Shown: positions 10,901-21,061 of the stretch, in pieces
Position numbering within the stretch: position 1 is the first letter of the stretch
Layout: each line of letters begins with the position of its first letter
NCBI GenBank assembly: GCA_046052125.1
Contig: JBJOMY010000004.1
Span: 256,001-320,000 of the forward strand
Origin: Cyanobacteriota bacterium
Lineage (GTDB): Bacteria; Cyanobacteriota; Cyanobacteriia; PCC-6307; Cyanobiaceae
Reading direction: 5' to 3'
Length of the DNA stretch: 64,000 bases
Made by a program: the position numbers and the translations under genes
The notes under the pieces: generated by a model
The model's input: the letters and a program-made list of their open reading frames with translations, nothing else
Told to the model about the DNA's origin: nothing
Databases searched by the model: none

Positions 10901-11824
10901 ATGGCCAGCTCGTTGAGTGCCTTCCTGGGTGAAATCGGCCGCCATCAGCTACTCACGCCGGAGCAGGAGCTGATGTTGGGGCGCAAAGTGCAGGCCATGG
11001 TGGCTCTGCATGAACGCTGCGCTACTGCTGGTGGTGTGGGCGATGCCTGCGACTACAACGACATCGAAAAGCGCACGATGCGCGTTGGTGAGCGTGCCAA
11101 AGATCAGATGATCACCGCCAATCTGCGCCTGGTGGTGAACCTGGCCAAGCGCTATCAGGGCAAGGGGCTGGACCTGCTGGATCTGATCCAGGAAGGAACC
11201 CTGGGGCTCACCAGGGCTGTCGAGAAGTACGACCCCACCCGCGGCCATCGCTTCAGTACCTATGCCTATTGGTGGATTCGTCAGGGTTTGAACCGCGCTC
11301 TCTCCACCCAGAGCCGCACCATTCGCATTCCAGTGAATGTGAACGAAAAACTCACCCGTTTGCGGGCAGCAAAAGCGCGGCTGCTGCAGCGCAATGGCAT
11401 TCAGGCCACAGCGCAGCAGCTGTCCACGGCGATGGATCTACCGCTGGACGAGGTGGAAGATCTACTCGGCTGTGAACTCCGCAGTGTCACGGTCAGCCTG
11501 CAGGGAGTGGTGAAGTCGAAATCTGATCCCACGGAGCTGGTGGATGTTCTGCCCAGTGAGGATCTGCCACCGATGGAGCGCTGTGAATTGGCCGAGCGCA
11601 ATGCAGCCGTTTGGAAATTGCTGGATCAGTCCAATCTCACGCCCAAGGAGCGCACGGTGGTGATGCTGCGTTTCGGCCTGGATGGCAGCCATGAATGGCG
11701 CACCCTGGCTGAAGTGGCCCGTCTGCTCGGCTGCAGCCGCGAATACTGCCGCCAGGTGGTGCAACGGGCTCTGCGCAAATTGCGCAAGGCCGGCATTCAG
11801 ACTGGGCTGGTGGAAGTGGAGTGA
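10901..11824 (+). CDS. Group-2 sigma-70 factor (RpoD/SigA family)
   Basis: ANLRLVV, DLIQEG, RFSTYAYWWIRQ, region 4 TLAEVA. Confidence 0.92.
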   Translation: MASSLSAFLGEIGRHQLLTPEQELMLGRKVQAMVALHERCATAGGVGDACDYNDIEKRTMRVGERAKDQMITANLRLVVNLAKRYQGKGLDLLDLIQEGTLGLTRAVEKYDPTRGHRFSTYAYWWIRQGLNRALSTQSRTIRIPVNVNEKLTRLRAAKARLLQRNGIQATAQQLSTAMDLPLDEVEDLLGCELRSVTVSLQGVVKSKSDPTELVDVLPSEDLPPMERCELAERNAAVWKLLDQSNLTPKERTVVMLRFGLDGSHEWRTLAEVARLLGCSREYCRQVVQRALRKLRKAGIQTGLVEVE

Positions 11825-11884
11825 GCTTTCGCCGCCAGCTCGGGCGGCCCATGATGGGGGAATCGCGTTTGGAAGGCACGGTTC

Positions 11885-12262
11885 ATGGCCAGCGATTCCT
11901 CCGCCCGGATGGATGCTGACTGCGTGGATGCCGAGGTGCTGGGCAGCTCGGAGGTGGATGAAGGAGCCCTGCGCCGTTTGCTGCGCCGCTCCGGTCGCAG
12001 CTTGGCCCGTCCGGCTCTGGAATGCCTGGAGCTGATGCTTGATGCCAACACCCCGCCGCAGGTGCGGCTCACGATGCTGGCGGCCCTCACCTATTTACTG
12101 GTGCCCACGGATCTGATCCCGGATTTCATCCCCGCGGCAGGATTCAGTGATGATCTGGTGGCGCTCACCGCTCTGTTGGGGCTGTGCACCACCCACATCA
12201 GTGATGACATCCGCTTGCGGGCACAGCGCAAACTGGATCGCTGGTTTCCCCTGGGGCGCTGA
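11885..12262 (+). CDS. DUF1232/YkvA family protein
   Basis: YLLVPTDLIPDFIPAAGFSDD motif. Confidence 0.8.
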   Translation: MASDSSARMDADCVDAEVLGSSEVDEGALRRLLRRSGRSLARPALECLELMLDANTPPQVRLTMLAALTYLLVPTDLIPDFIPAAGFSDDLVALTALLGLCTTHISDDIRLRAQRKLDRWFPLGR

Positions 12263-12591
12263 TGGCCGCACTCACCGCCGAGCAGCTGGATGATCTGCAG
12301 TCCTTCCTGAAGGACTGGTTGCGCCATTGCGGCCGCACCCAGGCGGATCTGCGCCGTGCCCTGCATGCCAGTTCGATTCGCATGCCCGTGCTGCTCGATG
12401 CCTTGGCCCGTGTTTACAGCCACGACGGCCTCACCGGCCTGGCCCAGCGCTTGTGCGAGATCGAATCGCTCTGGCAGGGAGAGGATCAGGGCTTGGAAGG
12501 CGACGCTCAAGTGCCGATCTCTCTCGACGACTCGCTGGGACAGCTGGATCTCCTACTGCAGGAGATCCGCCTCGATGTCGGCGACGCCTGA
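12262..12591 (+). CDS. Hypothetical protein (possible HTH)
   Basis: Translationally coupled (TGATG) to upstream gene; host-like codon usage. Confidence 0.65.
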   Translation: MAALTAEQLDDLQSFLKDWLRHCGRTQADLRRALHASSIRMPVLLDALARVYSHDGLTGLAQRLCEIESLWQGEDQGLEGDAQVPISLDDSLGQLDLLLQEIRLDVGDA

Positions 12592-12638
12592 CGCATCCTC
12601 CTGGACGCGTCAGAGTGGGGAGACGCTCCGCTGCCGTC

Positions 12639-12911
12639 ATGCCGCTGCCTCGCCTGTTGTTGTCCGCCTCGGTCGTGGGCCTCGGCCTCAGCTTGTCCAC
12701 GGGCACCGTGGTGGCTGGCCTGTCGTTGCCCGCCCGCGCTCAGGTGGAGAGCTTCCTCTGGGGCCCCGGCAGCAATGTGGGCCCGGAAACCAAGATCGAG
12801 CCCAGCAACTGCATCACCGCCGCCGATGGCAGCATCACCTGCGACACCAAGGTGGTGAATCCTCCCGGCGATACGCCTGCCAAGCCGCAGTACCGGCCGT
12901 TCAATAACTGA
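12639..12911 (+). CDS. Small secreted hypothetical protein
   Basis: Signal peptide ending PARAQ; Cys pair NCITAADGSITCD. Confidence 0.65.
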   Translation: MPLPRLLLSASVVGLGLSLSTGTVVAGLSLPARAQVESFLWGPGSNVGPETKIEPSNCITAADGSITCDTKVVNPPGDTPAKPQYRPFNN

Positions 12912-12925
12912 TTGCCCTGAAGCGG

Positions 12926-13408
12926 ATGCAGTGGTTCAGCGACCGCGCTTATTTACAGGCGATCACCTCATTTGAGCGCGCCCTGGCCAAGGTGCTCTCC
13001 CTGGTGCTCAGCGGTGTACTCGTGGTGGCCGGCCTTCAATTGCTGCTGTTTCTCGGCAACGATCTGCTGGATCTCAGCGTGAACTGGACCGGCGAGGGCT
13101 TGATCCGCTTGCTGGATGAAGTGCTGGTGATTCTGATCGCCTTGGAGGTGCTCCAGAACCTCACCGCCTATCTCCGTGAGCATGCGGTGCAGATCGAGCT
13201 GGTGCTGGTTACCGCGCTCACCGCCGTTGCCCGCAAAGTGATCGTGATGCCGCCCGGCGTTCAGAAGAACCCCGCCGATCTGATTGGTCTTGGCTTCGCG
13301 GTGCTATCGCTGGCGGCCGCCTATTGGCTGGTGCGTCAGTCGCACATCACGCGGTTGCCGTCCAGAAGAGAGCCAGCCACAGCGTTCCAGGATCGGGATC
13401 GGTTGTGA
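12926..13408 (+). CDS. PsiE family membrane protein
   Basis: LIALEVLQN...LVTALTAVARKVI. Confidence 0.8.
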   Translation: MQWFSDRAYLQAITSFERALAKVLSLVLSGVLVVAGLQLLLFLGNDLLDLSVNWTGEGLIRLLDEVLVILIALEVLQNLTAYLREHAVQIELVLVTALTAVARKVIVMPPGVQKNPADLIGLGFAVLSLAAAYWLVRQSHITRLPSRREPATAFQDRDRL

Positions 13409-13892
13409 TCAGCCGGTGGCGGCGATGGGGGGTGATCAGCAGGGTGTCTCCCACACACAAATCCCGCGGCTGAGCTTCATCTTCAAACTGCAGTTGCGCA
13501 CTGCCCCTCAACAGCAGCACCCATTCCGATTCGCTCTGGTCGTACCAGAACCCCTCGGGGCTGCTGGCCAGGCAGGAGTGGATTCTCTCTAAGCGCCACC
13601 GCTCACCGGCCATCAGTTGCTCCACCCGTTCTTCACCAGCTGGCGGGCAGGCACTGGAGAAGAGGTTGGTTTGATCACGGGCGATCGCTGTTGAAGATCC
13701 AGCTGTGCTGGAGCGATCTCCCCAACGGCGACCGATGTCGAAGCCGAATTGTGAGGCGAGGGCCACCACCTCGTGGTGTTGATCGCACGCCCGCAGGGCT
13801 TCCCGCAGCTCAGGCTGGGCTTCGCTCAAGGCCACGAAGGCGTTGAGCTGGCGCACTTTCTCTAGAAATTGCTGCAGCTGGGCTTCGGCCAT
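13347..13892 (-). CDS. Nif11-domain/cupin fusion protein
   Basis: N-term MAEAQLQQFLEKV...ASQFGF; C-term WYDQSESEWVLLLRGSA...PHRRHR cupin. Confidence 0.75.
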   Translation of the reverse strand: MAEAQLQQFLEKVRQLNAFVALSEAQPELREALRACDQHHEVVALASQFGFDIGRRWGDRSSTAGSSTAIARDQTNLFSSACPPAGEERVEQLMAGERWRLERIHSCLASSPEGFWYDQSESEWVLLLRGSAQLQFEDEAQPRDLCVGDTLLITPHRRHRLITTDPDPGTLWLALFWTATA

Positions 13893-13896
13893 CCGC

Positions 13897-14370
13897 TCAG
13901 TATCCCGGGCGGAGGGGCTTGTGCATGCGAAATCGCAGGAAGTGCACGCCGCCGATCCGCAGCTCCTCACGCCAGCTCACCTGCCAGCCCATCGCTTCAA
14001 ACAGTGGCTTGGAGATCAGGCTGGCTTCGGTGCGCAACATGCTGATGCCATCGCTGCGGGCCTCCTGTTCCGTCGCTTGCAACAGTGCTTTGGCGCAACC
14101 TTGGCGTTGCACGCTCGGGTGGCTGTAAAGCAGGGCAACACGATCGTTCGGGTGTCGCAGGCAGAAGGCTTCTGCCTGATCCTGAGGATTACAGCTCACC
14201 CAACCCTGGCCTTGGCTGAGTAAAGGCCTGAGCGCTTCGCTCTGGTTGGCCCAGGCCCATTGCTGCTGCTTGCTGTAGAGCGCGGCGGTGGAACAGTGCA
14301 CGGCCTGCCGATAAACCTCTAGGAGTGCATCGTGATCCCTGGTTTCAAGCCGCCGCACCTGATCACGCAT
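13897..14370 (-). CDS. GNAT family N-acetyltransferase
   Basis: LLYSHPSVQRQGCAKALL, TEASLISKPLFE. Confidence 0.85.
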   Translation of the reverse strand: MRDQVRRLETRDHDALLEVYRQAVHCSTAALYSKQQQWAWANQSEALRPLLSQGQGWVSCNPQDQAEAFCLRHPNDRVALLYSHPSVQRQGCAKALLQATEQEARSDGISMLRTEASLISKPLFEAMGWQVSWREELRIGGVHFLRFRMHKPLRPGY

Positions 14371-14497
14371 GTTCACTGCCACACAGTGTTGCTCCATTCT
14401 CGATCAGTCGGTGCTGGATCTTCGCTTTGGGAGGGATGGCAATGATCAACTTGATGTTGTAGGTTCAGATTGTCTTGTTAATCAACCCACTCCAACA

Positions 14498-14863
14498 ATG
14501 CTCATCGGATCGGAACTACTGGCCAAGGTCAAAGAGCTGGGCGATGTGGGTAAATCGGAGATCGTCCGGGCCTGTGGCTACGTCTCCACCAAGAAAGATG
14601 GCGGCGAGCGGCTGAATTTCACGGCCTTCTACGAAGCCCTTCTCGAGGCCAAGGGTGTGGAGCTTGGCGGCACCAGCAAGGTGGGCAAGGGCGGCCGCAA
14701 GCTCAGCTATGTGGCCACCGTGCAAGGCAATGGGAATCTGCTGATCGGTAAGGCCTACACCGCCATGCTGGATCTTCAGCCCGGCGATGAGTTTGAAATC
14801 AAGCTGGGCCGCAAGCAGATCCGTTTGATTCCTGTGGGCGGCAGCGACGAAGACGAAGAGTGA
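14498..14863 (+). CDS. Cyanobacterial AbrB-like regulator (cyAbrB)
   Basis: ACGY, LNFTAFYEALLEAKG, VQGNGNLLIGKAYT, PGDEFEIKLGRKQI. Confidence 0.92.
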   Translation: MLIGSELLAKVKELGDVGKSEIVRACGYVSTKKDGGERLNFTAFYEALLEAKGVELGGTSKVGKGGRKLSYVATVQGNGNLLIGKAYTAMLDLQPGDEFEIKLGRKQIRLIPVGGSDEDEE

Positions 14864-14877
14864 TCGCAGCCCGCTGA

Positions 14878-17568
14878 TCAGCTCAGCGTCACGAGCATCC
14901 GCTCCATCCCCCCGACCACCTCGGGGGGATTTTTGTTGGCATCGTTCAGTAGCGACAGGTAGTCGTCCGAGTGGCAGGTGAGCAGCACGATCTGGATGCC
15001 CTGATCCATGCCTCGCAGGAGCATCTGCTTCAAGCCGCCCTGCCGCTCGCGGTCGCTGTTGGTGAAGGCGTCATCGAACACCAGGGGCAGCACATCTCCG
15101 TAGGCGGGCTTCAGCAGTTCAGCCATGGCCAGGCGTACGGCGGCGGCGAGCTGTTCGCGCATGCCACCACTCAAACGTTCAAACGCGAAGGCTTCTTCAC
15201 CCTGGTGCAGTTGCAGGTCGTGGAAGCCCTGTTGGGGATCAAAGGCCAGTAGGGGTTGTTGAGCCGCACGGGCTCCCTCCGCGGCCAATGCGCTCAGATA
15301 GGGGCTGATCGCTGCCTGCAGCGGTTCGCTGTAGCGCGCGGCCAGGCTGCTCTGGGCGCGATGAAACCGCTCCAGCAACAGCTGCAAGGCTTGAGCGCGC
15401 CGCTCGAGGTTTTGGCGCTCCGCCTCAGCGTCTTCCCAGGCCGCCTGTCGATGCTCCAATTCGGCGATCGGGTTGTTGGCCCCCAGGCTCTGGCAGCGCT
15501 GTTCGGTTTGACCGCGTTGGCTGAGCAGCTGATCTTTCTCCTGCTCCAGAGCCTGCAGCTGCTCAGCAGCGTTAACAGCGCTGCGGCGCGCGGCCTGAAG
15601 GGTTTGCAGTTCAACTTGCCAGCGCTGCAGCTGTTGTTGCTGGCTCTTCAGGGCCTGGTCTTCAGGCTGCTGTTTGCCCAGGGTTTGCAGCCGCTGCCCC
15701 ACCACCTTCAGGGATCCATCGAGTTCGCTTTTGCGGTTGCGCAGTTGCACCTGGCTGGTTTGTTGTCGCTGCAGCCCCTGCTCAAGCTCCTGCAGGTTTC
15801 GCTCGCAGCTGCTCAACTCCTCGCTGCGCTCGCGCTTGAGGCGGCGCAGCTGTTCCTGCAGGTTGTGCAGCCTGTCTGGATCCAGATGGCCGGGCTCACG
15901 GCCTCCCAGTTGCTCGGCCATGGACTTGAGCAATGGCTGCTGGGTATCGAGGGCCTGCAGCAGGCTCTGGCGCCTGGGTTCCAGTTGATCCAGGCGCTGT
16001 TGGAGCCCCGACCAGGGAATGCTCTTGGCGGCCTGGCGCAGGTTGTTCAGGTCGCGCTCCAGGCGTTGACGTTCCCGCTCGGTCGTCTCGGCCTGCTCGC
16101 TGTTGTTGAGATGGAGCGCCTGCTGCAGCTGCTCGAGTTGTTGCCGGCAGTGTTGCTGCTGGGCAAGAGCCTGGGGCAACGCCTCGCCGCCGCCCGGGCT
16201 GATCTCAATCAATACGCCACTGCCCACCTGCAGCTGGGCCGAAGCCTCGAGGCGTCGCCGTTCACCGGCGTTGAGCATCTCCCCGTTGAGCAGGATGCTC
16301 TGATCGCTGCTCAGTACTTCGAGGCTGGCGGCCATTGCTTCACAGCGGGCGGTGGCCTGCGCCAGGCCCTGTTCAGCCTGGCGCAGCTGCCGCACCTGAT
16401 CGGCTGTGATCTCCGGTAGAGCGGCGAGCTGTTGTTTGAGCAGCTCAGCCTCGGCCTGCAACTGCTGCAATCTGCGCTGGTGTTCGCGCGATTGCTCGGC
16501 TTCGGCCTCCAACTGCTGCAGATCCAGCAGCAGTTGGAGCAGTTCCTGGCGCTGCGTGAGTTGCTGCAGTTGCTCAGCGAGCTCCTGCCGCTGGCCCACC
16601 CTTTGATCCCGCTGCTGGATCTGGTCGTTGTGCTGTTTGATCAGGCCTGCCAGCTGGTCCTCCAGGCGCTGGTGCTCTTGCTGCCCCTGCTCCTGTTGGC
16701 GTAGGAGCTGATCGCGTTCCTGCTCCTGTTGCAGCAGTGGTTGCAGTTGGGCCTGCAGCAGGTTGATCGAGCGTTGGAGTTCCAGCTCCCGCTGCAGGGC
16801 AGGGCGCAGATCTTGCTCGATCGTCTCCAGGCGTTCGTTGAGCTGGCGCCATTGCTCCATCGCCGCCTCGAGATCGGCGAGCTGTTGTTGGGCGATGGCG
16901 AGAGCTTGTGTGGCGTCGTTGCTGCGGCGCTGGGCTTCCGCCAGGGGCGATCCCGCTTTCACGCGTCCCGTGGCGGTGTAGAGCTCTGCCACCTGCTGTT
17001 GGATCTGCTCGAGCACCAACTGATCCACGCCTGATTCCAGTGCGGTGCTGGTGCCCTGGAGCTGCAATTGCTCCACCAGTCGGTTGTGGTCGTAGCGCTC
17101 CTGGCTGCCGCTGAGGGGATTGAGGCCGGCGTCGCCCTGGCGCACCCAGAGGTGGGCCCAGCGCTCCGGCAGCTGTGCGATCCGCCGGCCCTCCACCGGC
17201 GCCTCGAATCCCAGCAGCGCAGCCAGGCGGTCTTCCGCTGCGGGGCCGCTCAAGGCCTCGCCACTGGCATTGCTCAGCTGGCAGGTGCCTCCTGCCCCTG
17301 CGAAGCGCTTGCGCAGCCGCCAGGTGTCAGCCTCAGCCTCAAAGCTGATCTCCACCTCGGGCAGGCCGGCATGCAGGCGCGAGCGCAGCTCATCCACGCC
17401 GCGACCGGTGGCCGTTGCTCGCAGAAAGAGGCCTTTGTGCAAGGCCTCCACCAGGGTGCTCTTGCCGCTTTCATTGGCGCCGGCGATCAGGGTGAGCTCT
17501 CGCCCGAAGCTCAGCTCCAGCACGCGGTGTCGCCGCACGTTTTGCAGCCGGCAGGCGATCAGCCGCAT
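14878..17568 (-). CDS. SbcC/Rad50/YhaN-like coiled-coil ATPase
   Basis: Walker A GANESGKST, long Gln/Leu coiled coil, LSGGMREQ, LVFDDAF, LLTCH. Confidence 0.85.
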   Translation of the reverse strand: MRLIACRLQNVRRHRVLELSFGRELTLIAGANESGKSTLVEALHKGLFLRATATGRGVDELRSRLHAGLPEVEISFEAEADTWRLRKRFAGAGGTCQLSNASGEALSGPAAEDRLAALLGFEAPVEGRRIAQLPERWAHLWVRQGDAGLNPLSGSQERYDHNRLVEQLQLQGTSTALESGVDQLVLEQIQQQVAELYTATGRVKAGSPLAEAQRRSNDATQALAIAQQQLADLEAAMEQWRQLNERLETIEQDLRPALQRELELQRSINLLQAQLQPLLQQEQERDQLLRQQEQGQQEHQRLEDQLAGLIKQHNDQIQQRDQRVGQRQELAEQLQQLTQRQELLQLLLDLQQLEAEAEQSREHQRRLQQLQAEAELLKQQLAALPEITADQVRQLRQAEQGLAQATARCEAMAASLEVLSSDQSILLNGEMLNAGERRRLEASAQLQVGSGVLIEISPGGGEALPQALAQQQHCRQQLEQLQQALHLNNSEQAETTERERQRLERDLNNLRQAAKSIPWSGLQQRLDQLEPRRQSLLQALDTQQPLLKSMAEQLGGREPGHLDPDRLHNLQEQLRRLKRERSEELSSCERNLQELEQGLQRQQTSQVQLRNRKSELDGSLKVVGQRLQTLGKQQPEDQALKSQQQQLQRWQVELQTLQAARRSAVNAAEQLQALEQEKDQLLSQRGQTEQRCQSLGANNPIAELEHRQAAWEDAEAERQNLERRAQALQLLLERFHRAQSSLAARYSEPLQAAISPYLSALAAEGARAAQQPLLAFDPQQGFHDLQLHQGEEAFAFERLSGGMREQLAAAVRLAMAELLKPAYGDVLPLVFDDAFTNSDRERQGGLKQMLLRGMDQGIQIVLLTCHSDDYLSLLNDANKNPPEVVGGMERMLVTLS
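14906..14934 (+). terminator. Intrinsic terminator of the cyAbrB gene
   Basis: Perfect 10-bp stem ATCCCCCCGA/TCGGGGGGAT, 5-nt loop, followed by TTTT. Confidence 0.75.
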
Positions 17569-18755
17569 GTCACGGCTCCTGCTGCGCGATGCAGCTCCGC
17601 CAGGGCCAGCTGCAGGAGTTGCCGTTGTTGGGGATCGGCGGACTCTTCAGCCTGCTGCAGTTCGGCCTGAAGGCCGGCGGCCACGCGGGCGATCAGCGGA
17701 TCATCGGCGCGGTTGATCAGCTCCTGCAGCTCGCTGGGGTCAGGGCTCTGCTCGATCACGCCCCGGCGTTTCAGCCGCAGCAGCTGGGCCTCCAGCCTCT
17801 CCAGGAGCTCTGCATAGCGCTGATGCTCCTCCAGGCTGAGGCTGCCGTTCTGCTCCAGCAGCAGCAGCTGCTGGCCCGGCTCAGCCTGGAGCAGGGGCTC
17901 GAGTTGTTGTTCGAGTCGCTCAAGGTCGCCAGGGCTTTGAAGCCTCACCTGCAGCTGCTGCCACTCCAGGGCAGCGGTGGCGTGGGCTTCAACCCGGGGC
18001 GCATCCCCACGACGCACGCTCACAGCCAACACCTGTCCGCCTTGGTAGTCGTTGGTGCGGGGAAAGCGATCGGGTTCCGGCGTGCCGCTGTACCAGGTGC
18101 GCGGGTTGATCTGCTTGAGCCCATGCCAGTCGCCGAGGGCGATGTAATCGAGTTGCTCGAGCAGGGAGGCATCCAGTTGCAGGCGGTTGTTGCTGCTCGC
18201 CTGTTGATCGTCGTCGGCGTCGAAATCGCTGGCTTCGAAGCCGTGCACCGATCCATGGGCCAGCAGGATGCGGGGCTTATCGGGAGGCAGCTCAGCCCAC
18301 TGGAGTTGGCGCACCCAGGCGGTGGGGTCGCTGTTGTCGCTGCGGCGCAGCAGGGGGCAGGGCAGCACCACAGCCGAATCGAGCTCCAGCACCTGGCGCT
18401 CCAGCAGCACAATCAGGTTTGGCGCCCGCCGCTGCTGCTCAGCCTGGAAGAACGCGCTGTGCCACACGCTGCCTGGAGCCCCATGGTCATGGTTGCCAGG
18501 GATCACGAGCACGGGGATCTCAAGCTTGCCGATCGCCTGGCACACCGCGCTCACGTCACTGCTGCTCGGGGTGGGGGAGTCGAACAGGTCGCCAGCCACC
18601 AGCAGGAAGCTGGGGTTGCACCGGGGGATCAGGGCGCCGATGCGGCCGATCGCTTCGATGCGTGCCTGCCGCAGCCGAGCCCGTTTATCGGGATCCTGAA
18701 CGCGGGCGTAGGGCTTGCCGATCTGCCAGTCGGCGCTGTGCAGAAAGGTGAGCAT
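17559..18755 (-). CDS. SbcD/Mre11-like metallophosphoesterase nuclease
   Basis: HSADWQIG, AGDLFD, PGNHD, AHGS, ALGDWH. Confidence 0.88.
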   Translation of the reverse strand: MLTFLHSADWQIGKPYARVQDPDKRARLRQARIEAIGRIGALIPRCNPSFLLVAGDLFDSPTPSSSDVSAVCQAIGKLEIPVLVIPGNHDHGAPGSVWHSAFFQAEQQRRAPNLIVLLERQVLELDSAVVLPCPLLRRSDNSDPTAWVRQLQWAELPPDKPRILLAHGSVHGFEASDFDADDDQQASSNNRLQLDASLLEQLDYIALGDWHGLKQINPRTWYSGTPEPDRFPRTNDYQGGQVLAVSVRRGDAPRVEAHATAALEWQQLQVRLQSPGDLERLEQQLEPLLQAEPGQQLLLLEQNGSLSLEEHQRYAELLERLEAQLLRLKRRGVIEQSPDPSELQELINRADDPLIARVAAGLQAELQQAEESADPQQRQLLQLALAELHRAAGAVTCG

Positions 18756-18831
18756 GCAGGCGTGTTTGAGCGCTTCTATTTCAGCGTGCCTGGGCAGGTC
18801 TGCAGACTGATGGCGAACCTGCCACTCACCT

Positions 18832-19191
18832 GTGACTGTGCTGTTGCCCCTTTGGCGCCGCTGCGTTGCATCGGTTCTGGTGGTCCTGACGCTGGTGGTG
18901 CTGGCTTGTCCAGGCCAGGCCCAAGCCGATGGGGGGCAGCTGTTTGAGCAGCACTGCGCCGGTTGTCATGTGAATGGCGGCAACATCATTCGCCGCGGCA
19001 AAACCCTGAAGCTGGCCGCCCTCGAGCGCCAAGGCCTGGCCTCCGAGCAGGCGATTGCCACGATCGCCGCTCAAGGCCTGGGGCAGATGAGCGGCTACGG
19101 CTCAGTGCTGGGGGAACAGGGAACCCAGGAGGTGGCGGCGTGGGTGTGGCAGCAAGCTCTGGCGGATTGGCCCAAAAATCAGAAGGCCTGA
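18832..19191 (+). CDS. petJ: Cytochrome c6-like protein (probably c6B/c6C subtype)
   Basis: Signal peptide, CAGCH heme motif, GGNIIRRGKTL, axial Met in GQMSGY. Confidence 0.8.
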   Translation: MTVLLPLWRRCVASVLVVLTLVVLACPGQAQADGGQLFEQHCAGCHVNGGNIIRRGKTLKLAALERQGLASEQAIATIAAQGLGQMSGYGSVLGEQGTQEVAAWVWQQALADWPKNQKA

Positions 19192-19445
19192 ATCCAGGGG
19201 TACACCTTCAGCTCGGTCCAGATGCCGTTGCGCCAATACACGTCGTTGTGGAGCAGCTGCTCCACCTCGGCTTGGCTGGCTGCTTCGTAGATGCCGAACA
19301 CATGGGTGCTGCCCTCGGTGGGGCCGAGGGTGATCAGCACGCCCGATTCCTTCTGCTGTTGCAGACCAGCGAGGTGCTCCTCCCGGTAGGGGGTGCGCTT
19401 CTCCAGTGCATTGGCGCAGTAGGTGCCCCAGAGAACAAAACGCAT
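19179..19445 (-). CDS. YciI family protein
   Basis: RTPYREEHL, LGPT, DVYWRNGIW. Confidence 0.85.
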   Translation of the reverse strand: MRFVLWGTYCANALEKRTPYREEHLAGLQQQKESGVLITLGPTEGSTHVFGIYEAASQAEVEQLLHNDVYWRNGIWTELKVYPWIQAF

Positions 19446-19472
19446 GCTGAACGCGCGGCCGAGGGCCGCAAC

Positions 19473-19793
19473 TTACAGCCAGCCAGCGGCGAAGATCGGC
19501 TGACGAATGCGCGAGGGGAACAGGATCGGGCGGTTGCTGGCCTTGGCACCGGCCTTGTCGCTCCAGCGCACCTTGCAGCGGAACTGATTGCCGCTCTTGT
19601 TTGTTGAGGTGCTGGTGCGGAACTCCTGCACCACTGCCTGCTCAGGCATCAGATACTGCGCCTGGTTACAGGCATCCACCTCGGAGATGCTGGAGGTGTA
19701 ATGGCTCCAACCAGCCTCTGCCGCCTGGGGTGCCAGCGCGATGCTGCCGAGCATTAGGCCGGAGGCAAGCAGGACTCGACGAACCATGGCCAT
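19473..19793 (-). CDS. Secreted hypothetical protein
   Basis: Signal peptide ending AEA; two Cys. Confidence 0.6.
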   Translation of the reverse strand: MAMVRRVLLASGLMLGSIALAPQAAEAGWSHYTSSISEVDACNQAQYLMPEQAVVQEFRTSTSTNKSGNQFRCKVRWSDKAGAKASNRPILFPSRIRQPIFAAGWL

Positions 19794-19854
19794 GGGCGCG
19801 GATAAAGCTGGCCAGATTCTGACGGCTTCAGCAACAACCAGCCGGTGCAGCTGT

Positions 19855-20667
19855 TCAGGCGTCGAGGGCTGAACGCAACTGGCTGCAGAACTCCTCTGCC
19901 GCTCCGGCGATATCGCTCTGCTGACTGTGGGCCTGGGCCATCACTTTCACCAGAGCGCTTCCCACGATCGCTCCATCGGCGCCCCAGTCGCGCACTTGCC
20001 GGGCTTGCTCGGGCCCCGAGATCCCAAAGCCAACGGCCACTGGCGTCGGACCCATCGCTTTGAGTTGCTGCACCAGATCGGCCACGCGGCTTTCGAGGCT
20101 GGTGCGTACACCCGTCACGCCGGTCACGCTCACCAGGTAGGTGAAACCGCGGCTGGCCGCGGCGATGCGGCCCATGCGATCGGCGGGTGTGGTGGGAGCC
20201 ACCAGCAACACCAGGTCGAGCCCGTGGTCGCTGGCGATGCTGGAGAGTTTCTCCGCTTCCTCAAGCGGCAGATCGGGCACAACGAGCCCTGCGGCGCCAG
20301 CGGCGGCAGCATCGCGGCAGAACGCCTCCATGCCGCGGTTGAGTAGCGGGTTGCTGTAGGTGAACAGGATCACCGGAATCTGCAGCTCGCCCTTGAGGCT
20401 GGTGAGCATCTCGAGCACGCGCCCAGGGGTGGTGCCCGAGCCCAGCGCACGACTGGCGGCGGCCTGGATCACAGGACCATCGGCCAGAGGATCGCTGTAG
20501 GGGATGCCGAGTTCAATCAGGTCGGCACCGGCGGCCTGCAGCGACAGCAGGGTGGAGCGGGTACTGGAGAGATCCGGGTCCCCCGCCATGAGAAATGGCA
20601 TCAGGGCGCATCGGCCCTGTTGCTGAAGCTGGCTGAAACGCTGCTGGATGGGGGTGCTCTGGCTCAC
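19855..20667 (-). CDS. trpA: Tryptophan synthase alpha subunit
   Basis: [32 protein letters not shown]. Confidence 0.97.
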   Translation of the reverse strand: MSQSTPIQQRFSQLQQQGRCALMPFLMAGDPDLSSTRSTLLSLQAAGADLIELGIPYSDPLADGPVIQAAASRALGSGTTPGRVLEMLTSLKGELQIPVILFTYSNPLLNRGMEAFCRDAAAAGAAGLVVPDLPLEEAEKLSSIASDHGLDLVLLVAPTTPADRMGRIAAASRGFTYLVSVTGVTGVRTSLESRVADLVQQLKAMGPTPVAVGFGISGPEQARQVRDWGADGAIVGSALVKVMAQAHSQQSDIAGAAEEFCSQLRSALDA

Positions 20668-20717
20668 GGCAGCGCAGGATCTGACCGTGAGCCTATGGGG
20701 TCGCAGACAGGGGCGAT

Positions 20718-21053
20718 CTACTGCTCGCTGCTGTCCTGCAGCTGGCCCAGCTCCTTGAGCAGCTTGGCTTGCTCTTCAGGTGGCAGAGCGTCGAAGCGCT
20801 GCTGCAGTTCCTCGTCGGTGGCGGCTTCGTAGGCGGAGCGGTAGCGGCGCCGCTGCTCCATGTAGGTCATGTTTCCGGTCACCACCCGAAACAGGTAGGA
20901 GCTCGTCCAGATCAACACCACCGCCACAAGCACGGCCTGGGCAGCGATGCCGGCGGAGAACCCCTCCAGGCCAGCAGCCTGAAATCCCCAATACCCCAGC
21001 CCCCCCAGGCCAAAGATCGCCAGCCCTGCAATCAGGGCCTTGCCTCGGGTCAT
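20718..21053 (-). CDS. DUF3007 family membrane protein
   Basis: [20 protein letters not shown]; usual ndhL-DUF3007-trpA order. Confidence 0.8.
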   Translation of the reverse strand: MTRGKALIAGLAIFGLGGLGYWGFQAAGLEGFSAGIAAQAVLVAVVLIWTSSYLFRVVTGNMTYMEQRRRYRSAYEAATDEELQQRFDALPPEEQAKLLKELGQLQDSSEQ

Positions 21054-21061
21054 GCCAGCGC

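Noticed and set aside
15300..17000. CTG/CAG-rich apparent repeats
   Set aside because: Explained by Gln/Leu coiled-coil coding, not a DNA repeat element
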